A DNA stretch of 64,000 nucleotides from Octopus vulgaris (taxonomy: Eukaryota). Both the position numbers and the translations under genes were made by a program. Under the pieces are notes generated by a model. The model was not told where the DNA came from, made no database searches, and saw only the letters and a program-made list of their open reading frames with translations. Location of the stretch: contig OX597826.1 of NCBI GenBank assembly GCA_951406725.2, forward strand, positions 1,488,001 through 1,552,000, written 5' to 3'. Shown here piece after piece: positions 12,118 through 25,033 of the stretch (positions are counted from its first letter, which is position 1; every line of letters starts with the position of its first letter).

Positions 12118-12482
12118 AGCACAAGCATGGCTGTGTGGTAAGAAATTTGCTTCCCAACCACTAGATTCCAGGTTCAGTCCCATTGCATGGCACCTTGGGC
12201 AAATGTCCTTATGAGTGGATTTGGTAGATGGAGACTGAAAGAAGCCTGTCATGTGTCTGTGTGAGTGTGTGTGTCTTTGTTTAATTCCCCTTCCCACTTG
12301 ACACCTAGTGTTGTTGTGTTTACATCTTTGTAACTTAGCAGTTTGGCAAGGAGACCAACAAAATAAATACCAGCCTTAATAAAAAAAAAAGTACTGAAGT
12401 TGATTCATTCAACAAAAATTTCAAGGCAGTGCCCCAGCATGGCCACAGTCTAATGACTGAAACAAGTAAAAGAGTAAAAGAA
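12118..12482 (+). mobile_element. SINE family A
   Basis: tggctgtgtggtaag...gaaacaagtaaaagagtaaaag. Confidence 0.85.
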
Positions 12483-12657
12483 TATAAATAACATACATTC
12501 TCCTTAACAAACCAGTTATTACGAAGAGGATTCAAGAAATATTTTTAAGCCAAATTCTTATTTACAACCAAATATTCCTAAAATTCTTTATTCAGAGACT
12601 ACGGTTCTCACAAGTCTAACTACAATTGTCAGGATTTCTGTATGGCAGGGAATATAT

Positions 12658-13024
12658 TAGTAGTAGTTGGCATCTGTCAGTCTCAAGAAATCATGGATCT
12701 GTGTCTGAAGAAATCTTGTCAACTGCTGATGGTGGTGCTGCACCTGGCCCACACCGCAGTGGCAATCATGTGACTGCATTTGAAGCAGCTCTCTACTGGC
12801 GCTACTGCTTCTTCCTGCCATTGAGTTCCTGTCTTTTTTCCCTTTGCTTCATCCCCTTTTGCAGAATTTGTTTCCAGCATGGGCGATCATTTGCAATCTC
12901 TTCCCATCCCAGGAGTCCCAGATCAAGTGACTAGATACCTTCCTTGCAGACATCCTTGAAACAAAGATGAGGTCATCCTCGCACTCTTGTGCAGGTGGCC
13001 AATTCCCCACGCAGGGAATATACC
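12658..13024 (-). mobile_element. RTE-clade LINE 3' fragment
   Basis: Minus-strand translation LRGELATCTRVRG*PHLCFKDVCKEGI*SLDLGLLGWEEIANDRPCWKQIL matches the RTE post-RT region. It ends in ...gagactgacagatgcca plus a (CTA)n tail. Confidence 0.8.
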
Positions 13025-13197
13025 ATGCATATATAATAAAATTATGTAGACAAAATGGAATACAAACATGACTAGAAAATGCATTTGCATATAATTAGCA
13101 TATTTATCACCATTTTCAATGAAGTTCCTTGCAACTTCTCGAGAAACTTTGAGGTTCTAGAAAAACTCCTGATGGAAAATACTGCATTAGCATGCCT

Positions 13198-13557
13198 TTT
13201 ATTTTTTACTTGCTTCAGCCATAAGAACGCGGCCATGCTGGGGCACTTGAAGGATTTTAATCAAACAAATTGACCCCAGTACTTTTTTTGCTCTAAAGCC
13301 TGGAACTTATTCTAATGGTCACTTTTGCTAAACTGCTAAGTTACAGGGATGTAAACACACCAACACCGGTTGTCAAGCGGTGATGGGGAACAAACATGGG
13401 CACAAAGACTCACAAATAACCAAATCCACTCACAAGGCTTTGGTTGGCCTGAGGCCATACTAGAAGACACCTGACCAAGGTGTCACACAGCGGAACTGAA
13501 ACCGGAACCATGTGGTTGGGAAGCAAACTTTCTTATCACACAGCCACACCTGCACCG
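13198..13557 (-). mobile_element. SINE family A
   Basis: Reverse copy ending cacacagccacacctgcacc. Confidence 0.85.
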
Positions 13558-14697
13558 ATGGCAAAAAGTGGTTGGGAATGCTCGTGGGGGGGGGGAGATC
13601 TTATCACCAAATGAGGAGTGGTATGCATGAGTACAATATCATAGAGAGAAACAAGCAAGGTGTCCTTTAGCTACCTGTCCCTCACCATCACAAAAGGTGG
13701 AGGAAATCTAGTCCCCACCTGCCATGTTTGTTGTCATTATAGGAGGGTGAGTGTGGTGGTGGGGAGAGGGTGGACAAGGAAACCTGTTGTAATTAAAATA
13801 AACAACAGTAACAACAGTACATATATGTACTAATATGTGTATATGCTACATGCATATACACACACAGACATTCATATATTCATATATGTATACACATTCA
13901 TATATGTATACACACACACACATATATATACTACACACATGTACTTATACGTGCAAAAACACTACACACACACATATTATATATATATATATATACACAC
14001 TACATACATATTACATAGATATGTATACATACTACACACACACACATACTATACACATTGCACACATATACTTACATATTACACATGCATGCATATATAT
14101 ATATATATATATATATACTACACACATGTACATAAGCCACACGTGTGAAAAGTATATGCATAGGTGCAGGAACGACTGAGAAGAAGCATGCTTCCCGACC
14201 ACATAGTTCTGGGTTCAAGCCCACTGCATGGCACCTTGGGCAAGCCTTGTGAGTAGATTTGGTAGATGGAAATGGAATGAAGCCCATTGTATATATGTGT
14301 ATTTGTGTTTATCTCCCACCACTGCTTGACAACTGGTGTTGGTGTGTTTATGTCCCCATAACTTAGCAGTTTGGCAAAAGAAACCAATAGGATAAATATT
14401 AGGCTCAACAAAAAATAAGATTCTTCACAGCAGTGCTCCATTATGGGCACAGTCTAATGACTGAAGCAAGTAAGAAAAATATAAACATGCACACAGACTT
14501 GTGGCCACTGATGACGTCATGTACCTGGCACCGGTGCCAGTGGCACGTAGAAAGTACCTTTGGGGAGCTGGGCTTCAATGAGGCAATGACAAATGACCAA
14601 AACCTTTGATAATATGCTGTGCTTGAGAAGAAGGCCTATGAAGCCTAGTGAAGTTGTAGTCATGGCATATACTGGTGTCATATAAAGGCCACACATG

Positions 14698-14995
14698 TGG
14701 AGGCGCAATGGCCCAGTGGTTAGGGCAGTGGACTCGCAGTCGGAGGATCACGGTTTCGATTCTCAGACTCAGCGTTGTGTGTGTTTATTGAGCGAAAACA
14801 CCTAAAGCTCCACGAGGCTCTGGCAGGGGGTGGTGGCGACCCCTGTTGTACTCTTTCGCACCAACTTTCTCTCACTTTCTCTTCCTGTTTCTTGAGTAAC
14901 GCTGCAATGAGAACACATACGCCACTGAAACCGGGAAACCGGGCCTATGAGCCTGGCTAGGCTTGAAAAGGGTGCATAAATAAATAAAAAAAAAA
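14698..14995 (+). mobile_element. tRNA-derived SINE family D nested in a family B element
   Basis: Box A tggcccagtgg, box B ggtttcgattc, A-rich tail. Family B sequence lies on both sides. Confidence 0.88.
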
Positions 14996-16718
14996 ACAAG
15001 CACATATATAGGTGGCACATAAAAACACTCTTGGAGGGGTTGGCATTAGGAAGGGTTGGCATTAGGAAGGGCATCCAGCCGTAGAAACCATGCCAAATCA
15101 GACTGGAGTCTGGTGTAGCTCCTCAGTTTACCAGCCCTGGTCAAACTGTTGAACCCATGCCAGAGAGACAACGGACACTAAAGGATGATAATGATTACAC
15201 TCACACACACACACATATATTGGGCTGCAAGCTGGCAGAATCGTTAGCTTGCCAGGTGAAATGCTTAGCGGTATTTCGTCTGCCATTACAATCTGGGTTC
15301 AAATTCTGCCAAGGTCGACTTTGCCTTTCATCCTTTTGGGGTCAATTAAATAAGTACCAGTTATGCACTGGGGTCAATGTAATTGACTTAATCTCTGTCT
15401 GTTCTTTGTGCAATAAAGAAATATCTATCTATCTATCTATCTATCTATATATATATACTTACATACAAACACAACTTCCATTCATGACTACAAACAGGCA
15501 TTCACAATTACATCGGTCAATCGATAAATACATTCTTACAGACATAATCTCAAATTTACACATATATAAATACTATTTACATTTGACAATATATAAAGTG
15601 TGAAAAAAAAAGGAAAAAGAAAGAAACAAACAAAACAGTTTGCATAACCTATTACCATAATATGTCAATCAAAATGAATGTTCTAATTTACCATAGAAAT
15701 CATTTATACTTTAAATATATAAAATTCATGGGCAAGTATTTATTGTGTTGCTAGCCATATAAAGACTCCAAGCTTCATAAATAATGCAAGCATTGCATTC
15801 TGTATATAAGTAATATGGATATCAAGGGTTGAATTCATTGAATATCATTTATTAGTTGAAATATTCAGTGTTAAAATATGGACATTTGTCTGAAATTAAC
15901 TGTCATAACTGGATGAATTTTATTTCTTTTTCATTCTCTCTATCAGTCTCTTTCCCTGCTCTTTAATAAGAGAGAAAAAAAAAGGAAGAAACCTGTGTGT
16001 GTCATCAATTTTTTTGTTTCTTTTTTCATTTTTTTCTCTCTTTATTTCTTTATTTATTTATTTATCTATGTATTTGCTTATTGAACAACATAACAGGGCA
16101 AACAATTTGAATTATCCATGTGACATTAGTATGATTCTAAAATTTGACCTAGAACAATCCAGAGGGAAGTATATTTATCACCAGCAATATAAACTCATAG
16201 GTCTTCGGCTTGTAATGGTTTGATTAGTGCAAACACATAAAACTCTTGGACCTTGAGTCATTCTGTTCCTTTTGCTAAATATTAATAAAAATATCCATAC
16301 ACTCATATTTTGAGTTCTAGTTTCTCTTTTTGCATCAACATACCTGTGTGTGTGTGTGTGGACCCGTGCCAATGTCATGTTAAGAGCACTTTTCGAGCAT
16401 TGAGCCTCAGGGAGGCAAAGTGGCTGAGTTCCTTTCGAGTGTTGGGCCTCATGGAGGCAATTGCCGACACCTTTGGCACTATGTTGTACTTGAGAAGGAG
16501 ATTCATCAAGCCGAGCAAAATTGCAGTCATGGTAGATAATGGTGTCAAGCTGGTGGCACATAAAAGCACCTATTACACCGTCAGAGTGGTTGGCATTAGG
16601 AAGGGCATCCAACCGTAGAAAACCAGACTGGAGTCTGGTGCAGCTTTCCTGCTTACTAGCTCTGGTCAAACCATCCAACCCATACCAGCATGGACAATTG
16701 ACGTTAAATGATGATGAT

Positions 16719-16772
<54 letters not shown>

Positions 16773-17655
16773 TGTATTGAAGAATGAATTACATGCATGA
16801 TATAGATATCCATGGAGAAAATGAGAACATATTGGAAGAATCTGGCAAAAGGCCTTTTGTCATATTCTTCTGATGAGTGAGAGATGGTTTTACTTAATGG
16901 AGCTGGCAGAAACGTTAGCACGTCGGGCGAAATGCTTAGCGGTATTTTGTCTGCCATGACGTTGTGAGTTCAATCCTGCTGAGGTCGACTTTGCCTTTCA
17001 TCCTTTCGGGGTCGATAAATTAAGTACCAGTTACGCACTGGGGTCGATGTAATCGATTTAATCCCTTTGTCTGTCCTTGTTTGTCCCCTCTATGTTTAGA
17101 CCCTTGTGGGTAATAAAGAAATATATTATATATGAATGTGATTTCAAGCCACAATTCATCCGAAACAGCTGTCAAGATTATGCTATTACATATCTCCTTT
17201 CATTTATTTTACATATCAGATTGCAGTCTGGTGCAGCCTTCTGGCTTGCTAGTCTTCAGTCAAACCGTCCAACTCATGCCAGCCTAGAAAGCAGATATTA
17301 AATGATGATGATCATAGTATTGACTAGACTATTGGATGTTGTTACATATCGCTGGTCACAATGTGCTTTGCCACCTGACTGGTTAGGTGAGCAGGCCAAC
17401 ATTCCTCCCGATTGGAAGGCTATTCCATCACTGGGTCACACATTTCCATTTGAGTGTGCTGGAGCAATGTGAAATGAAGTGTCTTGCTCAAGAACACAAT
17501 CCATCACCTGTCTGGGAATCAAACCTATAACCTGGCAATCATGAGTGCAACACCCTAACCATGAGGCTACACACCTTCACACACACACACACATATATAT
17601 ATATATGCATGTATATAAATATATATTTATGTATATATACATGTGTGTGTGTGTG

Positions 17656-17693
<38 letters not shown>

Positions 17694-17699
<6 letters not shown>

Positions 17700-17898
17700 G
17701 GTGGATGAAAAGTTCCTGGCTTTGGGTAAAAGAAAATACAAGAGGATCAGTTAATAATGGTTTTATCCAACATATTCCCCTCTCAGATTCACACTCTTAT
17801 TGCAGTGGTCCTTTAGTTTTTCTAAGCTCTGTAAAAGTATTTGGAAGGTTGGGCATTCGCGATACCTTTAAAGTAAGAAACTTTTCAGCATCCTCTCA
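17694..17898. mobile_element. Mariner-type MITE (TIR about GAGGGGGTGCTGAAAAGTTCCTGGCTTT)
   Basis: TIRs gagagggtggatgaaaagttcctggcttt and aaagtaagaaacttttcagcatcctctc, in a TA context. Five copies in the window. Confidence 0.8.
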
Positions 17899-17943
17899 TA
17901 TATGTAAGTCTATATAATAAATGTATATAAATATGTACACATG

Positions 17944-17990
<47 letters not shown>

Positions 17991-18011
17991 GTGCGCGTGT
18001 GTGTGTATATA

Positions 18012-18660
18012 TCATCATCATTGTCGTTTAACATCTGCTTTCTATGCTGGCATGGGTTGGATGGTTTGACTGAGGACTGGTGAGCCAGAGGCTGCACCAG
18101 GCTCTATCTGATCTGGCAAAATTTCTACAACTGGATGCCCTTCCTAATGCCAACCACTCCAAGAGTGTAGCTGATGCTTTTACGTGCCACCAGCATGCTT
18201 GAAAGGTGTTTTTTACCTGCTTGGGAGCCAGTCCAGCAGCAATGACCAGTCCAGCAGCAATGACCAGTCCAGCAGCAATGACCAGTCCAGCAGCAATGAC
18301 GGGAGCCAGTCCAGCAGCACTGGCCACGCTCGAATGTTGTTTTTCACATGTCACCAGCATGTGTTGGTAAGGCAATGCTGGCAACAATCACGCTCGAATG
18401 GTGCATTTTATGTGCCACCGGCACAGGTGCCAGGGTAGGCTGGCAGCGGCCACGATAGATTGGTGCTTTTTACTTGCCACTGGCATGGAAGCCAGTCAAG
18501 GCAGCGCTGGCATCGGCCACGTTCGGATGGTGCTTTTTACATGCCACCGGCACAGGTATCATACTACAATTTCCATTTGATTTTTATTTTGATGTACTTG
18601 ACTCAATAAGTCTCCTCAAGCACAGCAGGTTGCCCTACGATCGAAGATAAGCACAGCATG
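18012..18660 (-). mobile_element. Family B retroposon with expanded internal modules, including an 18-bp tandem repeat
   Basis: ccagtccagcagcaatga x4 at about 18228-18299, plus about five ~60-bp modules. Confidence 0.85.
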
Positions 18661-19577
18661 CCATTCTACATTTAAAATATTTTCCTTTGATATCATTTTT
18701 CAGTTATATTATGATAAAAGAATTTTTTTTTGTATATAAAATTATTACAAAAAAATTGAAGAAAATATTTCAAACTCGATTGACGAGAAAGACAAGTAAA
18801 ATAAACTTGACAAATAGTAATATAAAACACAAGATAAAAAAAAAAGGAACTACCATATCAGTTTGGTGCCTTATAGATTGAGTCTTTAGAGGTTTACTTG
18901 TTGCCTTCAAGCTTGACTTATAAGGTTACTTTGTAGCCTTATAAGGTAAAGAGATCATTAACTGGTGTGTCTATATGATTGTCCAACAACAAAAGTAAAT
19001 TATTGTATGTGTGATAATTGGTTTTCACAAAAAGAACCCCAAAAAGCAAAAAACAAACAAACAAATAAAAAATAAAACAGGAGAATGTCAAGAAATAAAT
19101 GACAAAAAAAAGAACAACAGGGACACATATAGGTCAGCTTAAATAAATTAATATACATGAGAAGAAGTTAAGAGTGGGAGTAACAATGGAACAACTTACG
19201 TTGAGTGTATTTTAACCTACAAATCGAAGTTTAAGCCCAAATATTTCTCTACTGGAACAATATGAATAAAAGAGAAAAGAGCTGTGGCTGAAGATACTGA
19301 AGATACCCACAGACAATACAGTGACTGCTTTGGGGGAAGTGTATTATTAGATCACAATAACCAGTTGATAACAAAGTAAATAGTTTGGGGATTCATTAAT
19401 TATGATGACTGGAAGTCATTGGTATTCATAATTAAGTAGGTTCCACTATGGTTGTGTGGGTATACATTTACACACATGAATATATGTACACACACACTAT
19501 ATATAGTGTGTGTAATATATATATATAGTGTGTGTAATATATATATATATTTAAAGTGTATGTATGTATATATATAT

Positions 19578-19755
19578 TGTTGGAATTTACAGAAAAACAA
19601 AAGGTGTATAAACAACAAACAGGTGTATTAGTTCAATGCTCGGGAAGGTGAGAAAGTCTTTTACATTTTGAGCCTACGCTCTTCAACAGAAAGGAACACA
19701 AGGAAATAAACAGAGAGAGAATAAAGAAAAGCTTTAGGGGCTAGTGGTCAATCGT
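19578..19755 (-). mobile_element. Short TA-flanked hammerhead-bearing repeat, copy 2
   Basis: Minus strand reads CTTT-CTGTTGA-A-GAGC-gtag-GCTC-AAAA-TG-TA-AAAG, followed by the same downstream sequence (actaataca...tgtttgttgttt) as the other copies. Confidence 0.65.
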
Positions 19756-19796
19756 GCGCGTGTGTTTGTGTGTGTGTGTGTGTAAGATATATATAT

Positions 19797-20180
19797 CTTT
19801 TACTCTCTTTTACTTGTTTCGGTCATTGTTTTAGTCGAGCAAATCGATCCCAGGACTTATTCTTTGTAAGCCTAGTACTTATTCTATTGGTCTCTTTTTG
19901 CCAAACTGCTAAGTTACGGGGACGTAAACACACCAACTTCGGTTGTCAAGCGATGTTGGTGGGACAAATAGACACACAAACATATACACACATATACATA
20001 TATATATGGATATATATGATGGGTTTCTTTCAGTTTCCGTCTACCAAATCCACTCACAAGGCTTTGGTCGGCCTAAGGCTATAATAGAAGACACTTGCCC
20101 AAGGTGCCATGTAGTGGGAATGAACCCAGTACCACGTGGTTGGTAAGCAAGCTACTTATCACACAGCCACTCCTACGTCT
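19797..20180 (-). mobile_element. SINE family A
   Basis: Reverse copy, near full length. Confidence 0.85.
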
Positions 20181-20500
20181 AATATATATCATCATCATCA
20201 TCATTGCTTAACGTCCGCTTTCCATGTTAGCATGGGTTGGACGATTTTTGACTGAGGGCTGGCGAACCAGATGGCTGCACCAGGCTCTAATCTTGATCTG
20301 GCAGAATTTCTACAGCTGGATGCCCTTCCTAACGCCAACCAATCCGAGAGTGTAGCGGGAGCTTTTTACGTGCCAGTCAGGCGGTACAGGCAACGACCTT
20401 GCTCGAATCTTTTTACACATGCCACCGGCACAGGTGCCAGTAAGGCGATGCTGGTAATGATCACGCTTGAATGGTGCCTTTTATGTGCCACTGACACGGA

Positions 20501-20531
<31 letters not shown>

Positions 20532-20992
20532 TTCATACATATACTAACATACACATATGAATATGTATATTGTCAATGAAATGATTAATATTTATTATAT
20601 AAACATAATAAATTGAAATTATGGAAACATGTACAACAGTTATTTCAATAGATCCTTGTAAATCTATGAAAATATATTGGTAGACAGGCAGGAGATAGGG
20701 AAGAGAAAACTGAAAAGAATAGATAAGTGAAGGGATTGTATGCTTAACTTGTCATAAATGACTGTGAAGGCAGGTTTTAGAATTTGAATTGACAGACAGG
20801 CAGGCAGGCAGACAGGTAGGCAGACAGGTAGGTAGATAGATTTAGGCAGGTATATATAGCTTCCCAATCACCTGGTTCTGAGCTCAGTCCAACTTTGAGG
20901 CACTTTGGGCAAGTGTCTTCTATAATCTTGGGCTGACCAAAGCCTTGTGAGTGGATTTGGTAGACGGAAACTGAAAGAAGCCTGTCATTGTG

Positions 20993-21218
20993 TGTAGGTA
21001 GATAGATAGATAGATGGGTAGATAGATAGATATAGATAGATAGAGAGATATATAGATAGATAGATAAATAGATAGATAAGTAGATAGATAAGTAGATAGA
21101 TAAGTAGATAGATAAGTAGATAGATAGATAGATAGATAGATATAGGTAGATAGGTAGATAGATAGGTAGATAGATAGGTAGATAAATAGATAGATAGATA
21201 GGTAGATAGATAGATAAG

Positions 21219-21286
<68 letters not shown>

Positions 21287-21312
21287 AAGGTGGATAGATA
21301 GATAGGTAGATA
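20993..21312. repeat. (GATA)n/(GGTA)n tetranucleotide microsatellite
   Basis: Direct inspection. Confidence 0.97.
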
Positions 21313-21814
21313 GAAAATGTAGATTAGGTTGATAGATAAATAGATAGAACAATTTGTTTGACAGAAGATAGACAGATGAGATAGATAGATAGACTGACAG
21401 ACAGAGACAGCAGGCTAGATATAGGAATATTTCTTTGAATAAGTTTAGTGACATATGAATTGTAAAAGTAAAAATTAACTTTCTTCTTCCCATGTTCCTC
21501 CTCACATCCCTTGTCATCCTGCAAGGATTGCAATCTACATTTGCTGTTGTTGTTAATGTTTCTAGATTATTATTATTATTATTATTATTATCAGTCTGTC
21601 AGTATTAATGAAGCCTTAGGAAAATAAGTACATTCAATGATTACTATTTGGGACTGAGCCTTTTTTATGGTTAAACTGACTGGTTGATAAGATTAAGCAA
21701 AAACCATATCAAGATACTGAGCAAGTTTGGGACCCACAAATTTTGATACCAGTATCTGTTTGATGTCCCTTTGCCATTTATCTAATTTCATTCCATCTCC
21801 ATCGTGACGGATCA

Positions 21815-22010
21815 TTTTGAAGCTGAACGAGAGAGGAAAGAGGAAAAGAAATGACAAGAAAGGAAATGGAGGCTGCAACAACCACAGCCTCCACCACGGA
21901 TCCCTTTGTGAACTTTGCAACAAACGCTTCCATGCAAGAATTGGCCTAATTAGTCATGAGAGGCATAAACACGGACAGAGGGGAAGAAGTGGTCAAGAGG
22001 AAACCAAATG
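21815..22010 (+). mobile_element. RTE-clade LINE C-terminal CCHH zinc-finger fragment
   Basis: CELCNKRFHARIGLISHERHKH resembles the terminal C..C.R.F.ARIGLISH.R.H finger typical of RTE ORFs. Confidence 0.7.
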
Positions 22011-22063
22011 AATTATTAAACACGATACAATGCTGGCAAATTTCATCTAATTATATATATGTA

Positions 22064-22105
<42 letters not shown>

Positions 22106-22230
22106 TAGAAGAAATGAGGTACTCAGAAGATCGGATGGTTTATATTTACAGATATTTATTTGTATATTACATTTTTTATATATATATATATCATATCACT
22201 TAGATCATCAGCGCTTTCTCCCATTCTAGT

Positions 22231-22730
22231 TGAGTTGCATAGATAGTCTTTCTCCTTATCTGTAAAGGAGTCCTGGTATTCATTGACTAAAGTTCTAATT
22301 TTTGTTATTGTTGCTTTCTCCGGTGGTGTTGGTTCCTCTTTATACTATGTCTGCTTGTTCAGCAACTCCAGTATCTTTTCTTTGTAGTAATCTGTGTCCA
22401 TAATTCCTATTGCTCCACCTTTGTCAGCTTCTTTTGTAATGATTGATTTGTCATTTTTCAGTTTTTGTAAGGTTTGTTTTTCTCCTCTGCGGAGATTCTG
22501 TTTGCATTTGTGTGTGTTGAGAGGGAATTTGGATATTGTCTCTATGTATGCGTCAAGGTGTTTGTCACTTCCCTTGTAAGGGGTGAAATGGGATTTTTTT
22601 CTTATGATTGAGTTATCTTCTGTTTCTTTATATTCAAAGAATTCCATAAGGCGGAGGTGGCGGCTGAGGTTGTCTATATCAGTTTTTAGTTCTATGAGGT
22701 TTGGAGTGGGTGTAGGTGTAAATTTGAGGT
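22231..22730 (-). pseudogene. PLE RT N-terminal fragment
   Basis: LKFTPTP...LSRHLRLMEFF...KKSHFTP...LQKLKNDKSIITKEADKGGAIGIMDTDYYKEKILELL. Aligns by eye with the start of the 3987 ORF; in-frame stop at 22345-22347. Confidence 0.88.
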
Positions 22731-22751
22731 ATTTTAACTCCTCACACAGGA

Positions 22752-22807
22752 ACTTAGTTTGATTTGAAAACCCCACTAGAATGGGAGAAAGCGCTAATGA
22801 TCTAAGT
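22752..22807 (+). ncRNA. Minimal hammerhead ribozyme (U3-A8 variant) in the inverted pLTR
   Basis: ACTTAGtttgAT-TTGAAAA-CCCC-actagaat-GGGA-GAAA-GCGC-TA-ATgatCTAAGT. Palindromic helix III AGCGCT, bulged stem I, and a C.A mismatch at the base of stem II. Confidence 0.6.
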
Positions 22808-22937
22808 GATATGATATATATATATATATATATATAAAATGTAATATACAAATAAATATCTGTAAATATAAACCATCCGATCTTCTGAGTACCTCATTTC
22901 TTTTAATATATAATACCTGTACATCATCTCCAAACCT

Positions 22938-22978
<41 letters not shown>

Positions 22979-23339
22979 GTTATAATAAAAACCACAGCTA
23001 CCCAGGGTTTCCTGGTCGAAATAATAATTTCATCAATTTTCAAGCTGAGAACTCTGGGTATCAGTATTTAACAAGGTTTGGGGTTTTTATTATAAAATTA
23101 TTTTTATTCTCTTAGCTGATTGAGTGTTTTTCTACTTGTTGAAGCCTTACCACATGATGTTTGTATCACCATCATCATCCTCATTTAATGTCTGTTGTCC
23201 ATGCTCGCATGGGTTGGATGCTTTGACCAGAGCTGGTCAGCTGGTGAACTGCACCAGACTCAAGCCTGATTTAGCATAGTTTCTATGGCCAGATGCCCTT
23301 CCCATCACTAACCACTTTACAGTCTATGCCAGGTGCTTC

Positions 23340-23882
23340 TACATGGCACTACATGGGTGCTTTTACATGACACAGTATGGGCATACATGGAACCACATGG
23401 GTACTCCTATGTGGCACTACAGGGGCACTTATGTGGCACTGTGTGAGCATTTTTATGTGGCACCATGTAGGTACTTTTATGTGGCACCACATGGGAACTT
23501 TTATGTGACACCATATGGACACTTTTATGTGACACCACATGGGCACTTATGTGGCATCACATGGACACTTTTATGTGACACCACATGGACACTTTTATGT
23601 GACACCACATGGACACTTTTATGTGACACCACATGGACACTTATGTGGAACCACATGGACACTTATGTGGAACCACATGGACACTTTTATGTGGCACCAC
23701 ATGGGCACTTATGTGGCACCACATGGGAACTTTTATGTGGCACCACATGGGCACTTATGTGGCACCACATGGGAACTTTTATGTGGCACCATATGGACAC
23801 TTTTATGTGGCACCACATGGGCACTTATGTGACACCACATGGGCACTTATGTGGAACCACATGGACACTTTTATGTGGCACT
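23340..23882. repeat. Minisatellite of 22/24-bp units with palindromic core ATGTGGCACCACAT, inside a family B retroposon (23165-24095)
   Basis: About 23 units of gggcacttatgtggcaccacat / ggacacttttatgtgacaccacat. Confidence 0.95.
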
Positions 23883-24093
23883 GCAACAAGTGCTTTACAG
23901 ACTCCAGTCTGTTTTGGCATGGTTTCTATGGCTGGATGCTCTACCTAACTCCAATCATTCTGAGAATGTAGTGGGTACTTTTATGTGCCACCCACATGGG
24001 TGCCATTTGCATGACACCAGTATCTGCCATGGCTGTGGTTTTACCTGGCTTGATGGGTCTTCTCAATATTGGCTTTGTCTGGCTTGATGGGTC

Positions 24094-24148
<55 letters not shown>

Positions 24149-24984
24149 CACACACGCACACAAACATCAGAAAGATGAATGGAGAATTATACATCATTGT
24201 AAATTATTTATGACAATATTATTCTCAATTCTTTTTTATGATGTCTTCACTATAAACTCTACATGCTGTATGAAGTCCAATGAAATGAACTCTGGATTTA
24301 CCTATCAAGTGAAGTACTGCTTAATTACCCTTCCTGTTGCTAAACCTCACCTGTTTGCAAGGTAAGGTTATACTTCACTATGGGCAGAAATGTGGTGCAT
24401 GGCAGACCGAAAAAACATTGCTTGTATGACAGTGAAACTTATTCATGTGTATGTATATACACATATATGTGTACGTGTGCTTGTGTGCTCGTAAGTATGC
24501 ATGTATGTCTAAGTGAATGCTGACATTCCCAAGTCTGAGCAGGAGACAATCTCAACAAATTTACAGAGATGTCATTTTACATTCCTTGTGAATAAAACAT
24601 CCTGCATCACTATTTTAAAAGCCTAGTGAAATAAAAATAATCTTTAACTTGAAAAACAAGTGAAAATCGGCAACAAAAAGGGCATCTTGTCATAAAATAC
24701 TGTCTGCTGCAATCTAGCACTTTCTCTGATTTCATCACACTAGTTTGGTTTTGGTGGCAGTGGCCTTCAGGAAACTTTCATATTAACTAGAGAAGCAAAT
24801 TATAAACTATTATTATTGCTTTGTCTATCTTTGATAGAACCGTCCTATTCAGTAATGGTTCAAAATGATGCAGCTAAGATTTATCTTATCTGAAATGAGC
24901 TTATGGACTAAAATGAAAAACAGGGATAAAATCGACTTGCAGATATGGTATTAAATCTTTGCTTTGTTACTGTCTCTCTCTCAA

Positions 24985-25033
<49 letters not shown>

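Larger units (their letters stand above)
22103..22945 (-). mobile_element. Internally deleted Penelope-like element with inverted pseudo-LTR copies
   Basis: About 130-bp inverted repeat (22103-22230 vs 22775-22912) brackets a minus-strand RT N-terminal fragment. Both sides are flanked by (TA)n. Confidence 0.85.

Noticed and set aside
14698-14775. tRNA gene
   Set aside because: Box A/B are present, but the sequence continues into a SINE body found elsewhere in the window and lacks a proper acceptor stem. The same applies to all SINE heads.
18917-18945. 13-bp hairpin CTTATAAGGTTAC-ttt-GTAGCCTTATAAG
   Set aside because: Too short for a pre-miRNA, and no context to support a function.
19200-19216. 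17-nt minus-strand microexon candidate (tttgtag|GTTAAAATACACTCAAC|gtaagt)
   Set aside because: Good splice motifs, but expected by chance in 64 kb of AT-rich DNA, not frame-preserving, and no partner exons found. Needs RNA-seq.
21817-22011. C2H2 zinc finger as a host ZNF exon
   Set aside because: A single finger with the ARIGLISH signature and no TGEKP linker fits an RTE ORF terminus better.
23343-23971. Repetitive ORFs and CRISPR-like appearance
   Set aside because: Contiguous minisatellite with no unique spacers, no cas genes, and a eukaryotic context.
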